Shown here one piece after another: positions 1 through 10,110 of a stretch of DNA of 64,000 nucleotides. The stretch is from Synergistaceae bacterium. Lineage in GTDB: Bacteria > Synergistota > Synergistia > Synergistales > Synergistaceae. A program made the translations under genes and the position numbers. Positions within the stretch are counted from its first letter, which is position 1. Each line of letters opens with the position of its first letter. The stretch lies in NCBI GenBank assembly GCA_036803945.1, contig DAIRTK010000002.1:14854-78853 (forward strand), given 5' to 3'. The notes beneath the pieces were generated by a model that saw nothing but the letters and a program-made list of their open reading frames with translations, had not been told where the DNA came from and searched no databases.

Positions 1-1
1 C

Positions 2-2152
2 AACCCGGAACCTGATGAACTTAACAATGTCGGCACACTGTGCAAGATCCTTCAGACAGTGCGCATGCCTGACGGCACAATAAAAGCAGTGCTTGAGGGA
101 GGCTGGAGATGCAGAGCAGTCCACTTCATATCAGGAGACAGCTTCCTTGAAGCTGAACTGGAAAAGATACCTTCTTCCAACACTTCCCACACGAACCAGG
201 CTGAGGCGCTGCGAAGGGCAGTCCTGTCGGAGTTTGAGTCGTATGTAAAACTCAACCTGAAGCTTCCTGACGAAGTCTCTCATTCCGCAGAGAACATCGA
301 AGACATTGATCTTTTTGCCGATCTTGTCGCTTCCCACAGCCTTTTAAAACATCAGGACAAACAGAGGCTGCTTGAGATTTCCGACCTTATCGAACGCCTT
401 CGAAGGCTCCTTGCAATACTGATGAGGGAAAATGAATTCCTCAAAATGGAGCATGATATCCAGGAGAAGGTACGTAACGAGATGGACAAGGGGCAGAAGC
501 AGTACTACCTTCGTGAACAGCTCAAGATCATCCAGCAGGAGCTTGGAGATGACGGCCCCCTCTCTGAGACCGAAGAGCTCCGCGTGAGGGCAGATAAGAC
601 AGAGATGCCCGAAGAGGCAAGGGAAAAAGTCATCCGGGAGCTTGACCGCTACGCCAGAATGGCACCGATATCACCTGAGGCGACAGTTGCCAGGACATAT
701 ATCGAGTGGCTGCTGGACCTGCCTTGGAGCGTATCCTCGGAGGACCACCTAAGCCTTAAGGATGCACGCAAGGTGCTTGAAGAAGACCATTACGGCCTCG
801 ACGAAGTTAAGGAGCGCATCCTTGAGTTCCTTGCTGTAAGAAAACTTGCTGCAGACAACATGAGGGCACAGGTACTCTGCTTTGTCGGACCTCCGGGCGT
901 CGGTAAAACATCGCTCGGCAAATCTATAGCCAGGACCATGGGCAGAAAATTTGTGAACATGTCACTGGGAGGTCTTCGCGACGAGGCTGAAATACGCGGC
1001 CACAGGAGAACTTACGTAGGCGCGCTCCCGGGAAGGATAATACAGAAGATCAAGGCTGCGGGGACCAACAACCCCGTGCTGCTTATGGACGAAATAGACA
1101 AGATCGGCAATGATTTCAGGGGAGATCCCGCAGCAGCCCTGCTGGAGGTCCTTGACCCGGAGCAGAACTGCAGTTTTACTGACAATTTCCTTGAAATATC
1201 CTTTGATCTCAGCAAGGTCATGTTCATAACGACAGCAAACAGCACCGCAACTATCCCCAGGCCTCTCCTGGACAGAATGGAAATGATACCTCTCCCGGGA
1301 TATGTCGCAGAAGAGAAGGTAAAGATCGCAAAAAGGCATCTTCTGCCCAGGATACTCAGGGAGCATGGGCTTACCGCAAAAGACATGGCTGTTCCGGAAA
1401 CGACCATCAGGAATATCATTACAGCCTACACAATGGAGGCCGGAGTAAGGAACCTTGACCGCCAGCTCTCAAAGATAGCAAGGAAGGTTGCCGCGGAGAT
1501 GGCAAATACCTCATCAGACGATAAGGGAAAGACTGTAAGGATAACTAAGGAACTTATGAAAAAAATGCTGGGTGCCCCTAAACTCCATACAACGCGCATT
1601 CCAAGGGAAGATCCGCTTGGCACAGCCCTTGGGCTTGCATGGACAGAGACAGGCGGCTCCGTCATCCTTATTGAATCGGCTGTCATGGACGGCAGCGGAA
1701 GCGTCTCCTATACCGGAAACCTTGGCGATATAATGCAGGAATCGGCACAGACCGCCCTCGCTTACCTCAGGTCAAACGCAAAGGACTTTGGTATCGAGGA
1801 TATCGACTGGAAGAAAAAAGACATCCACATACATGTCCCCGAAGGTGCCGTTCCGAAAGACGGGCCTTCAGCCGGGATAACTCTTGCACTTTCCCTCTGC
1901 TCGGCACTCACAGGCAGAAAAGTGGACGTTTCATATGCTATGACCGGGGAGATGACCCTTCATGGTGACGTTCTGCCTATCGGTGGTGTAAGAGAAAAGG
2001 TTCTTGCAGCAAAAAGACTTGGCATTAAAAAACTTATACTGCCCGAGGACAACAGGTCAGACGTAGATGAACTGGGTGAATGGATCAAATCAGGAATGAA
2101 GATCCACTATGTATCTAAAATGTCTTCTGTTTTCCAGCTGGCATTGAAGTAG
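2..2152 (+). CDS. lon: ATP-dependent Lon protease (5'-truncated by window edge)
   Basis: Frame is open back to base 2. AAA+ Walker A GPPGVGKT, RRTYVGALPG, Walker B LLMDEIDK, catalytic Ser motif KDGPSAG and Lys in IGGVREK. Confidence 0.98.
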   Translation, partial: NPEPDELNNVGTLCKILQTVRMPDGTIKAVLEGGWRCRAVHFISGDSFLEAELEKIPSSNTSHTNQAEALRRAVLSEFESYVKLNLKLPDEVSHSAENIEDIDLFADLVASHSLLKHQDKQRLLEISDLIERLRRLLAILMRENEFLKMEHDIQEKVRNEMDKGQKQYYLREQLKIIQQELGDDGPLSETEELRVRADKTEMPEEAREKVIRELDRYARMAPISPEATVARTYIEWLLDLPWSVSSEDHLSLKDARKVLEEDHYGLDEVKERILEFLAVRKLAADNMRAQVLCFVGPPGVGKTSLGKSIARTMGRKFVNMSLGGLRDEAEIRGHRRTYVGALPGRIIQKIKAAGTNNPVLLMDEIDKIGNDFRGDPAAALLEVLDPEQNCSFTDNFLEISFDLSKVMFITTANSTATIPRPLLDRMEMIPLPGYVAEEKVKIAKRHLLPRILREHGLTAKDMAVPETTIRNIITAYTMEAGVRNLDRQLSKIARKVAAEMANTSSDDKGKTVRITKELMKKMLGAPKLHTTRIPREDPLGTALGLAWTETGGSVILIESAVMDGSGSVSYTGNLGDIMQESAQTALAYLRSNAKDFGIEDIDWKKKDIHIHVPEGAVPKDGPSAGITLALSLCSALTGRKVDVSYAMTGEMTLHGDVLPIGGVREKVLAAKRLGIKKLILPEDNRSDVDELGEWIKSGMKIHYVSKMSSVFQLALK

Positions 2153-2163
2153 GGGAAGATAAT

Positions 2164-2793
2164 ATGTCAGTATGGAAGTCAGAACTTTACTGCACTGCTT
2201 TCACAAAACAGCAGATACCCGCGCCGCAGGGCAGTGAGATAGTATTTGTCGGACGTTCAAACGTAGGGAAGTCCACCCTCATAAATTCGCTTCTGGAAAG
2301 AAAGATCGCCAAAGTAAGCTCAAAACCGGGCAAGACAAGAAGCATCAACTTTTACAGCGTCTCGACCGGAGGGGAAGACTTTACTCTGGTAGACATTCCC
2401 GGCTACGGATATGCCGCCAGGGGGATGGATGAGCGCAGGACATGGTGGCGACTCATCGAGGACTACTTCAATTCAGAGAGACCCATCCGCTTTGTGATCC
2501 ATCTTATGGATTTCAGGCACGGTCCGCTTGCAAATGACAACGAACTGACTGAATGGCTCGACCAGATGGACATGCCGAGGCTTGTAGTTTTCACCAAAGG
2601 GGATAAAATATCTCCCGGGAAGAGAAAAGGTCTATATCAGCAGTATATGAGGGCAGGCCTTGATTCCATACTGCCGCCCTTCATTACTTCGGGGACGAAT
2701 GACAAGGAGATGTCTGCCCTGAGGGAGGGCATTAAGGATATTCTCAAAGAGATAGCCAAACTTGACCGTATGGAAGAAAAAGAGGGAAATTGA
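2164..2793 (+). CDS. engB: Ribosome biogenesis GTPase EngB/YihA/YsxC
   Basis: GRSNVGKS, PGKTR, DIPGYG and TKGDK motifs; conserved position after lon. Confidence 0.96.
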   Translation: MSVWKSELYCTAFTKQQIPAPQGSEIVFVGRSNVGKSTLINSLLERKIAKVSSKPGKTRSINFYSVSTGGEDFTLVDIPGYGYAARGMDERRTWWRLIEDYFNSERPIRFVIHLMDFRHGPLANDNELTEWLDQMDMPRLVVFTKGDKISPGKRKGLYQQYMRAGLDSILPPFITSGTNDKEMSALREGIKDILKEIAKLDRMEEKEGN

Positions 2794-2889
2794 CCTGTAT
2801 ACCCGAGGAACCGGAACGGCCGGACTGTCGGGATAGGCAAATAGATCCGGATATAGCCACCAGGCTTATCCAACGAGGAGGAAAAACGG

Positions 2890-5556
2890 ATGGAATCCGA
2901 AAAGACCGTGTTGGGCAAAGGATACGAACCAGGACCGATCGAAGACAAGTGGTACAGGAAATGGACAGATGAGGGGCTTTTCAAGGCTGACCCTTCCTCT
3001 GCAAAACCTCAATACTCAATAGTTATCCCGCCGCCTAACGTAACGGGCTCCCTGCATGTCGGACATGCGCTGGACAACACTCTCCAGGACATACTCTGCA
3101 GGACAAAAAGGATGCAGGGCTATGAGGTGCTTTGGCTCCCCGGTACAGACCATGCAGGGATAGCGACCCAAAACGTAGTTGAGCGTTCCCTTGCGGCAAA
3201 GGGGATCTCACGTCACGATCTTGGGCGTGAGGAGTTTGTATCCAGGGTATGGGAGTGGAAAGAAGAGTACGGAAACACGATAATCGGCCAGCTGAAAAAG
3301 CTCGGAGCTTCATGCGACTGGGAGAGGGAACGCTTTACAATGGACGAGGGTCTCTCTGTCGCAGTACGCAAGATATTCGTCGACCTTTACAGGAAGGACC
3401 TTATCTACAGGGGCAAGTACCTCATCAACTGGTGCCCCAGATGCCACACAGCACTTTCAGACCTTGAAGTGGAGCATGAGGACAGGGACGGCAAATTTTA
3501 TGAAGTTGCGTATAAATTTGAAGACGGAGAGGGCGACCTCAGGGTAATGACGACCCGACCGGAGACAATTCTTGGGGATACTGCGATAGCAATACACCCA
3601 AGAGACGAAAAGAACCGACACCTTGTGGGCAGAAAGGTCATAGTACCGATGGCCGGCAGGGTTATACCGGTCATAGAAGACAACATGGTCGACCCTGAGT
3701 TCGGCTCAGGATGCGTCAAGATAACACCGGCCCATGACCCCAATGACTTCCTTGTAGGGCAGAGGCATGGGCTTGAGCAGATACAGGTCATCGACGACAA
3801 CGGCATAATGTGCGGAGAGGCCTCCGGAAAATATGCCGGAATGGACCGTTTTGAGGCAAGGAAAGCCGTAGTTGCGGACCTTGAGAAAGATGGTTCGCTT
3901 ATCAGGATAGAAGAGATAAAACACTCGGTCGGCGAATGCTATCGCTGTCACACTGTCATAGAGCCCTACCTTTCAGAGCAGTGGTTCGTGAGAGCCAAAC
4001 CGCTTGCCGACGCAGGCGTGGAGTCCGTAAGGGCGGGGAAGATACGCTTTGTGCCGGACCAGTGGACCGGAGTATATTACCAGTGGATGGAAAATATCAG
4101 GGACTGGTGCATTTCCAGGCAGCTTTGGTGGGGACACAGGATCCCTGCCTGGTACTGTGACAAGTGCGGCGAGATCATAGTTGATACCGAAGATCCGACA
4201 AAGTGCCCGAAGTGCGGAAACCACGACCTCAGGCAGGATGAGGACGTCCTTGACACATGGTTCTCAAGCGCACTCTGGCCTTTCTCGACTATGGGATGGC
4301 CCGAAGAGACAGAACTTCTCAAAAAATTCTACCCGACATCTGTCCTTGTTACCGGATTCGACATCATCTTCTTCTGGGTAGCAAGGATGATAATGTTCGG
4401 CCTTGAAGGAATGAAAGGCAAAGTCCCCTTCCATGACGTATATATCCATGCCCTTGTCAGGGACGAAAAGGGACAGAAAATGAGCAAGTCGAAAGGCAAT
4501 GTGATAGATCCTCTGACGATAATCAGCGAGTATGGGGCAGATGCCCTCAGATTCACACTTGCCGCCCTTACCGTGCAGGGCCGCGATATATTCCTTTCAA
4601 CAGAAAGAATCGCTACTTACAGGCTTTTCATGAACAAGCTCTGGAACGCAAGCCGTTTTGCCCTTATGAACCTCGAGGATGCAGAAGATGGTATGGAGTG
4701 GGAGGAAGATCAGCTCTGCCTCCATGACAAGTGGATACTGAACAGGATCTCAACTGTCTCGGCAGATATGACACGACTGCTTGACGGTTATTTCTTCGGA
4801 GAAGCCGCGCGTCTGATGTATGATTTCGTATGGGGTGAACTCTGCGACTGGTACCTTGAACTTTCAAAACCCGCACTCAGAGGCGAGGAGGGCGAAGCCA
4901 GAAGGAAGACCACTCAGGCTGTCCTGCTGGCAGTCTTCGAAGATGTTCTAAAACTTTTGCATCCGTTCATTCCATTTGTGACAGAAGAGTTATGGCATGC
5001 GTTCCCCTTCGGCAAAGGCATAATCGAGCACACCGAATGGCCCGCTCCCAGGCTGGATAAGATCGACGGGGATGTAATAAGGGACATGGACCTTGTTCGT
5101 GAAGTCATCCGCTCTGTCAGGAACCTCAGGGCGGAGGCGCGGATAGCACCCCAGCAGCAGATACCGCGCGCCGTCTTGTCAGTCCACAACGATGGCAAGC
5201 TTGCCCTGTTAAAATCATCCGAGGCCCTGATAACACTGCTGACAAAAACAGAAAAGCTGGAGATCACCGACATGTCGTCTGCTAAACCGCAGAAGAGCCT
5301 TGCCTCTGTCCTTGATGACGTACAGGTATACCTTCCCGTAGGAGATCTGCTTGACGTTGACAAGGAGATCCAGCGTCTCAAAAACGACCTTTCAAAGATA
5401 GAGAGGGACATCGAGAAGGGTACGGCCAAACTTGCCAACCCCCAGTTCGTTGAGAGAGCTCCTGAAGAGGTCATACAGAAGGAGAAGGCCTCCCTCGCGG
5501 ACAACGGGGCAAAGAGAGAAAGGATAATGGAGAACCTTTCAAGCCTGAACAACTGA
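2890..5556 (+). CDS. valS: Valine--tRNA ligase
   Basis: PPPNVTGSLHVGH, DWCISRQLWWGH and KMSKS motifs; C-terminal coiled coil; RBS GAGGAGG. Confidence 0.99.
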   Translation: MESEKTVLGKGYEPGPIEDKWYRKWTDEGLFKADPSSAKPQYSIVIPPPNVTGSLHVGHALDNTLQDILCRTKRMQGYEVLWLPGTDHAGIATQNVVERSLAAKGISRHDLGREEFVSRVWEWKEEYGNTIIGQLKKLGASCDWERERFTMDEGLSVAVRKIFVDLYRKDLIYRGKYLINWCPRCHTALSDLEVEHEDRDGKFYEVAYKFEDGEGDLRVMTTRPETILGDTAIAIHPRDEKNRHLVGRKVIVPMAGRVIPVIEDNMVDPEFGSGCVKITPAHDPNDFLVGQRHGLEQIQVIDDNGIMCGEASGKYAGMDRFEARKAVVADLEKDGSLIRIEEIKHSVGECYRCHTVIEPYLSEQWFVRAKPLADAGVESVRAGKIRFVPDQWTGVYYQWMENIRDWCISRQLWWGHRIPAWYCDKCGEIIVDTEDPTKCPKCGNHDLRQDEDVLDTWFSSALWPFSTMGWPEETELLKKFYPTSVLVTGFDIIFFWVARMIMFGLEGMKGKVPFHDVYIHALVRDEKGQKMSKSKGNVIDPLTIISEYGADALRFTLAALTVQGRDIFLSTERIATYRLFMNKLWNASRFALMNLEDAEDGMEWEEDQLCLHDKWILNRISTVSADMTRLLDGYFFGEAARLMYDFVWGELCDWYLELSKPALRGEEGEARRKTTQAVLLAVFEDVLKLLHPFIPFVTEELWHAFPFGKGIIEHTEWPAPRLDKIDGDVIRDMDLVREVIRSVRNLRAEARIAPQQQIPRAVLSVHNDGKLALLKSSEALITLLTKTEKLEITDMSSAKPQKSLASVLDDVQVYLPVGDLLDVDKEIQRLKNDLSKIERDIEKGTAKLANPQFVERAPEEVIQKEKASLADNGAKRERIMENLSSLNN

Positions 5557-5558
5557 TA

Positions 5559-6875
5559 ATGGATGATGCAGCAAGATTCCACCAGATAGAGAAAGAACTG
5601 CAGATACTGGCAAGTTCGGGGATAAGACCCGGACTTGCCAGACTTTCACATATGCTTCATCTTCTTGGCAACCCGGAAAGAAAATTCAGGGCGGTACACA
5701 TTGTCGGCACAAACGGAAAGGGCTCGACTGCAGCGACGCTGGCTTCGATACTCAGCGAGTCAGGCTGCAGGACTGCCCTTTATACCAGCCCCCATCTTAT
5801 ATCCTTCGGCGAAAGGCTTCGGATAGGAGGGGAGGAGGCCGCCCCGCAAAAATGGGAAGATGCTCTCTCTGCCATCAGAAGTGCAATTGAACACTCAGAA
5901 AAACTTAAAGCTGATCCCCCGACATATTTCGAGCTTATCACAGCTGCGGCCTTTATTATCATAGCTCAAGCCGGCGTTGACGCAGCAGTTGTTGAAGCTG
6001 GGCTGGGAGGAAGGCTTGATGCTACGAACATTCTTGGCTGCGTGGTATTGACCCTTATAACGCCGATAGGGATCGACCATTCCGAATACCTCGGCAATAC
6101 TCTTGCCTCTGTCGCAAAAGAGAAGTTCGCTGTCATGAGACCGGGTGTCCCTGCGATATTTTCAGGAGGGGATGATGAGACAGAAACCATATTTTTCGAT
6201 ACCGCATCCAAAAAGAAGACACCGGCGCAGGTGCTGAGGCGCCTTTGCAGCTACGGGACCGTTAAGGTATCTATATGCGGCACCGATTTTTATGTAGAGT
6301 CAGAGTGCCTTTGCGCAGACTGCCACACCCCCCTGATCGGCACCCATCAGACTGAAAATGCCGTCCTTGCCCTGGCCGGAGCATGTGCGCTGAAGGCATC
6401 AAGCCTTAAAGCATTTGAAAATATTACCTTTCCTTCGCTTTATACCGGAGTCGTCTCCGTCAAGTGGCCGGGACGGTTTGAAATAATAAAAAAAGATCCG
6501 CCGCTGCTTATCGTAGACGGCGCTCACAACCCTCATGCATTGAAAAAGCTTGCTGAGAATATAAAAGTAATTTTCGGTTACAGCCCCATAAATATTGTAA
6601 TGGCAATGATGAAGGATAAGGACATCGCAGAAAGCCTTGATATTATTGCAGGTACAGGGGCAAGTCTTTATTGCACGCAGATACCGTTCATGGATCGCTC
6701 TCTCTCTGCCAAAGAACTTAGGGATATTTCTGAGACAAAAGGAATAGAATGTGCAGGGGAGTGGGAGGATCCGATCGAGGCAGTAAGGAAAAGCCTCTCT
6801 TCAGGAAACGAGACTATTTGCTGCGGGAGTCTTTTCCTAAGCGGATATATCAAGGAGCATGCGAATGAGCTATAA
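5559..6875 (+). CDS. folC: Folylpolyglutamate synthase/dihydrofolate synthase
   Basis: HIVGTNGKGS, YTSPHL, EAGLGGRLDATN and DGAHN motifs; follows valS. Confidence 0.96.
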   Translation: MDDAARFHQIEKELQILASSGIRPGLARLSHMLHLLGNPERKFRAVHIVGTNGKGSTAATLASILSESGCRTALYTSPHLISFGERLRIGGEEAAPQKWEDALSAIRSAIEHSEKLKADPPTYFELITAAAFIIIAQAGVDAAVVEAGLGGRLDATNILGCVVLTLITPIGIDHSEYLGNTLASVAKEKFAVMRPGVPAIFSGGDDETETIFFDTASKKKTPAQVLRRLCSYGTVKVSICGTDFYVESECLCADCHTPLIGTHQTENAVLALAGACALKASSLKAFENITFPSLYTGVVSVKWPGRFEIIKKDPPLLIVDGAHNPHALKKLAENIKVIFGYSPINIVMAMMKDKDIAESLDIIAGTGASLYCTQIPFMDRSLSAKELRDISETKGIECAGEWEDPIEAVRKSLSSGNETICCGSLFLSGYIKEHANEL

Positions 6876-7641
6876 AGGGTTTGAATTTATATATGAAAAG
6901 GGACAGACAGAGATCAAACTGAAGATGCCCCTTGAACTGGAAGGACTGTTCAGAGCCTCCCTCTACTGCAGGGGTGAACTTATGGACCGTACCCAGGGAG
7001 ATCCTGCCGCGATCTGGGACTCTTTGTCTTCTAATTTCAATAACATTCCTTTGGTTGCCCCCTTACAGGTCCACGGTACCGTTGTCATACCTGCATCAGA
7101 AGAATACGCACTCCCATCGAGGCCTGAAGCCGACGGAGTTCTGATCGGCCTGACGTCGGACTGCATGGCAAGTCTCAGGTTTGCCGACTGTGCCCCCGTA
7201 GTCATTGTCTCTGCCTCTCCTGAACCTTGGATGATGCTGCTCCATTCAGGATTTGCAGGTACATCAAAAAACATCTCGGGGGTATCGCTTTCAGCTCTTA
7301 AGGAATGGGATCCCGAGTCAATGGGAAAAAAGACCTGGGCCTGGACTGGTCCGTGCATTTGCAGAGATTGTTACTCAAGAAGAATTGACGACCCTTCAAC
7401 ACAAAAAGCCCTGGGTATATTTTCCCCCGAGAATTACAATCAAAAGGACGGAATGATCCATTTTGACATCGTTGGAGAAATTAAAAGGCAGTTGGTGCAT
7501 TGCGGCATCCCTTATGATAATATCTACGCGATCGGTGACTGTACCTGCTGCAGAAGATCATCATATTATTCCTACCGGGCCGGAGACGAAAGAGCAAGGA
7601 TATTTCTTCTGGGAGGAAATACCACAAAAGATCCGGTTTGA
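6865..7641 (+). CDS. pgeF: YfiH/PgeF (polyphenol oxidase/purine nucleoside phosphorylase-like) family protein
   Basis: QVHG, ADG, FADC, LHSG, CTCC and SYR motifs give the His-Cys-His triad. Alternative start at 6859. Confidence 0.85.
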   Translation: MSYKGFEFIYEKGQTEIKLKMPLELEGLFRASLYCRGELMDRTQGDPAAIWDSLSSNFNNIPLVAPLQVHGTVVIPASEEYALPSRPEADGVLIGLTSDCMASLRFADCAPVVIVSASPEPWMMLLHSGFAGTSKNISGVSLSALKEWDPESMGKKTWAWTGPCICRDCYSRRIDDPSTQKALGIFSPENYNQKDGMIHFDIVGEIKRQLVHCGIPYDNIYAIGDCTCCRRSSYYSYRAGDERARIFLLGGNTTKDPV

Positions 7642-7696
7642 GTGACAATAGTTAAAGATATCGGAACCGAATATTTCCGCGTGAGGTGAAAATGGA

Positions 7697-8668
7697 ATGG
7701 ACAACATAAAAGTCGGAGTCATCGGCGTCGGGCATCTGGGCATGCATCATGCCAGAGTATACACAGAGATCCTTGGAGCCCAGCTGGTCGGTGTGGTCGA
7801 CATAAACGAGGAAAGGGCCCATTCAGTTGCAGACCCGCTGGGAGTAAATTCATACAGCGGAATAGAAGCATTTATCAAACAGACTCGTCCCGATGCGCTG
7901 AGCATAGTTGTCCCTACCAGCTACCATTTCGAAATAGCCAGGATCGCGATGGAAAACGGGATCCACGTCCTCATAGAAAAACCTGTCACATCAAGCGTAG
8001 ATGAGGCGGAACAGCTTCTCAACCTTGCCGTTAAAAAGGACCTGATCCTTCAGGTCGGCCATATTGAAAGATTCAACAGTGCAGTACAGCATGTCAGAGA
8101 ATTCATAAACGATCCCTATTTCATCCAGACAAGGCGGATGGGGCCATTTTCACCAAGGATAAGCGATGTTGGGGTAGTTCTGGACCTTATGATCCACGAC
8201 GTTGACATAATCCTCTCAATGATAAATTCAGAGCTGGTCTCGATATCGGCAATAGGAAGATGCATAAGGACCGATCACGAAGACATCGCATCTGCCCAGC
8301 TTACCTTTGCAAACGGCGCGATGGCGCAGGTCCTTGTCAGCAGGGTATCCGAAAAGAGGCTGCGCCAGATGGAGATCACTGAGGCAGAGAGATATATAAC
8401 AGTCAACTATGAGTCACAGGACATTTCCGTTCAGCGATGCGTAAGACAGAGCGGGGGAAATCTTGTTGAAGTCATGGAACATCCTGTCTTCCCAAAAACA
8501 GAACCTCTGAAGATGGAGCTTCAGCACTTCGTATCATGCGTCAGAGAAGGGCGTCAGCCAATGGTAGGTATCAAGGACGGTAAGAGGGCGCTTGAGGTAT
8601 GTGTGGCTGTGCTGAGACAGATCCACGAAGAAAAACCTGCATCCGGCTCACTTCTTTCCGCAATATAA
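7697..8668 (+). CDS. Gfo/Idh/MocA family NAD(P)-dependent oxidoreductase
   Basis: GVIGVGHLG Rossmann motif, HVLIEKP, GHIERFN, DLMIHD. Confidence 0.92.
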   Translation: MDNIKVGVIGVGHLGMHHARVYTEILGAQLVGVVDINEERAHSVADPLGVNSYSGIEAFIKQTRPDALSIVVPTSYHFEIARIAMENGIHVLIEKPVTSSVDEAEQLLNLAVKKDLILQVGHIERFNSAVQHVREFINDPYFIQTRRMGPFSPRISDVGVVLDLMIHDVDIILSMINSELVSISAIGRCIRTDHEDIASAQLTFANGAMAQVLVSRVSEKRLRQMEITEAERYITVNYESQDISVQRCVRQSGGNLVEVMEHPVFPKTEPLKMELQHFVSCVREGRQPMVGIKDGKRALEVCVAVLRQIHEEKPASGSLLSAI

Positions 8669-8710
8669 GTAAATAACAAATGACATTCCGGCCAATAAGA
8701 GTTATTATCT

Positions 8711-8741
8711 AGAGAGGAGATATTCCTCTCTTTTTTTTTTT
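8711..8741 (+). terminator. Rho-independent terminator
   Basis: AGAGAGGA-GATAT-TCCTCTCT stem followed by a long T run, after the lon-to-oxidoreductase gene run. Confidence 0.8.
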
Positions 8742-8776
8742 GAGGAAATATCCCTTACCGAAAGGATGTATCGCAT

Positions 8777-9010
8777 TTGACGGACTTTATCAGAAATATA
8801 CCACCTGTAAACCTCCAGGCACTGGTGGCGCTTGCCCTTTTTGGAGCATCTCTGCTTGTTGCGCGTATGGTCGTTAATATCCAGTCTGGGAAATGGCCCG
8901 GAAGCCCGATGTTTGTGCTCTATCTGAGGGTGCTTCTGGGTTTCCTTTTTGCAGGATCTATCGGTCTCGGATTTTACTGCTTTGCCGGAATAAATATACT
9001 TTTTAAATAG
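8777..9010 (+). CDS. Small hypothetical membrane protein (2 TM)
   Basis: 77 aa with two hydrophobic segments; TTG start with AAGGA upstream; fills an intergenic gap on the operon strand. Confidence 0.7.
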   Translation: MTDFIRNIPPVNLQALVALALFGASLLVARMVVNIQSGKWPGSPMFVLYLRVLLGFLFAGSIGLGFYCFAGINILFK

Positions 9011-9120
9011 CATCTTCCCGGTATCCGGCCATCTCCTCGGGGATCCCGTGCAGATTAGCAAGGCATGGATCGTAAAAATATGCAATTTCGTTTTTAATAA
9101 ACAGTTAGGAGAGTTGATTT

Positions 9121-10056
9121 ATGGAAAAGCTTCTGAACAACGCCCTAAAGGGGGACCCAAGATCTATAGGCCGCCTTATAAGTCTTGTTGAGGCGGACAC
9201 CCCGTCCGCAAAAGAGATCATGAAGCAGATCTATCCCCGTACGGGAAGCGCCAAGGTAATTGGCATTACGGGAAGCCCCGGAGCCGGCAAGAGCACTTTT
9301 GTAGACAGGCTGATAGAACAGTTCCAGAAAGAGGGCAAGCGTGTCGGAGTAATTGCGATAGACCCCTCAAGCCCATTTACAGGGGGGGCCATACTTGGTG
9401 ACAGACTGCGCATGCAGAGCCATGCCCTTAATGAAAACGTATTCATCAGGAGCATGGGTTCCAGAGGACATCTTGGCGGTGTAAGCAGGTCGACCCACGA
9501 AGCTGCTCTTATACTTGATGCCTGTGGTTTTGACGTTGTCCTTATTGAAACTGTCGGTGTCGGCCAGTCTGAAGTGGATATAATCAAAATTGCCGATACT
9601 GTGGTACTTGTCCTTGTGCCCGGAATGGGAGACGACGTCCAGATAATGAAGGCAGGCATTATGGAGATAGCCGATACATTTGTTGTAAACAAGGCAGATA
9701 AAGAGGGCGCAGACAAAGTCGCCGCGGATGTTCAGGTCATGCTTAAGATGCTGAAAGAAAAGGACTGGATCCCACCTGTAACATTGGTATCGTCCCAGAA
9801 CAACACTGGCATCGAGGAGGTCAAAAATATTCTGAACGACCACTGGAATTATCTGCACAATTCAGACGAAGGCAAAAAACGCCGTTTTGTTCAGCTTGAG
9901 ATGGAAGTAGAGGCAGTCCTTAGGGGTGAGATCTCCATACTCACCGAAAAGGTCTGGAAAAGGCGCAAAAATACCGGTGTTCTTGAGGATCTGGCAGTAA
10001 GAAATACAGACCCTTACACGCTTGCAGGAGAAATGATATCCCAGATAATCAAATAA
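9121..10056 (+). CDS. meaB: MeaB/ArgK family GTPase (B12-dependent mutase chaperone)
   Basis: GITGSPGAGKST, DPSSPFTGGAILGDRLRM, IETVGVGQSE, KAGIMEIAD and NKAD motifs. Confidence 0.95.
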   Translation: MEKLLNNALKGDPRSIGRLISLVEADTPSAKEIMKQIYPRTGSAKVIGITGSPGAGKSTFVDRLIEQFQKEGKRVGVIAIDPSSPFTGGAILGDRLRMQSHALNENVFIRSMGSRGHLGGVSRSTHEAALILDACGFDVVLIETVGVGQSEVDIIKIADTVVLVLVPGMGDDVQIMKAGIMEIADTFVVNKADKEGADKVAADVQVMLKMLKEKDWIPPVTLVSSQNNTGIEEVKNILNDHWNYLHNSDEGKKRRFVQLEMEVEAVLRGEISILTEKVWKRRKNTGVLEDLAVRNTDPYTLAGEMISQIIK

Positions 10057-10110
10057 CTTTTGCTCCAAAGATAATAAATCCATCAAACCTAACTTTCAGG
10101 AGGATCATAA

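Noticed and set aside
2790..2972. T-box or leader ORF upstream of valS
   Set aside because: The gap is only ~96 nt, with no T-box consensus (GGTGGTACCGCG-like) and no terminator. The 60-aa ORF overlaps valS and is not Val-rich.
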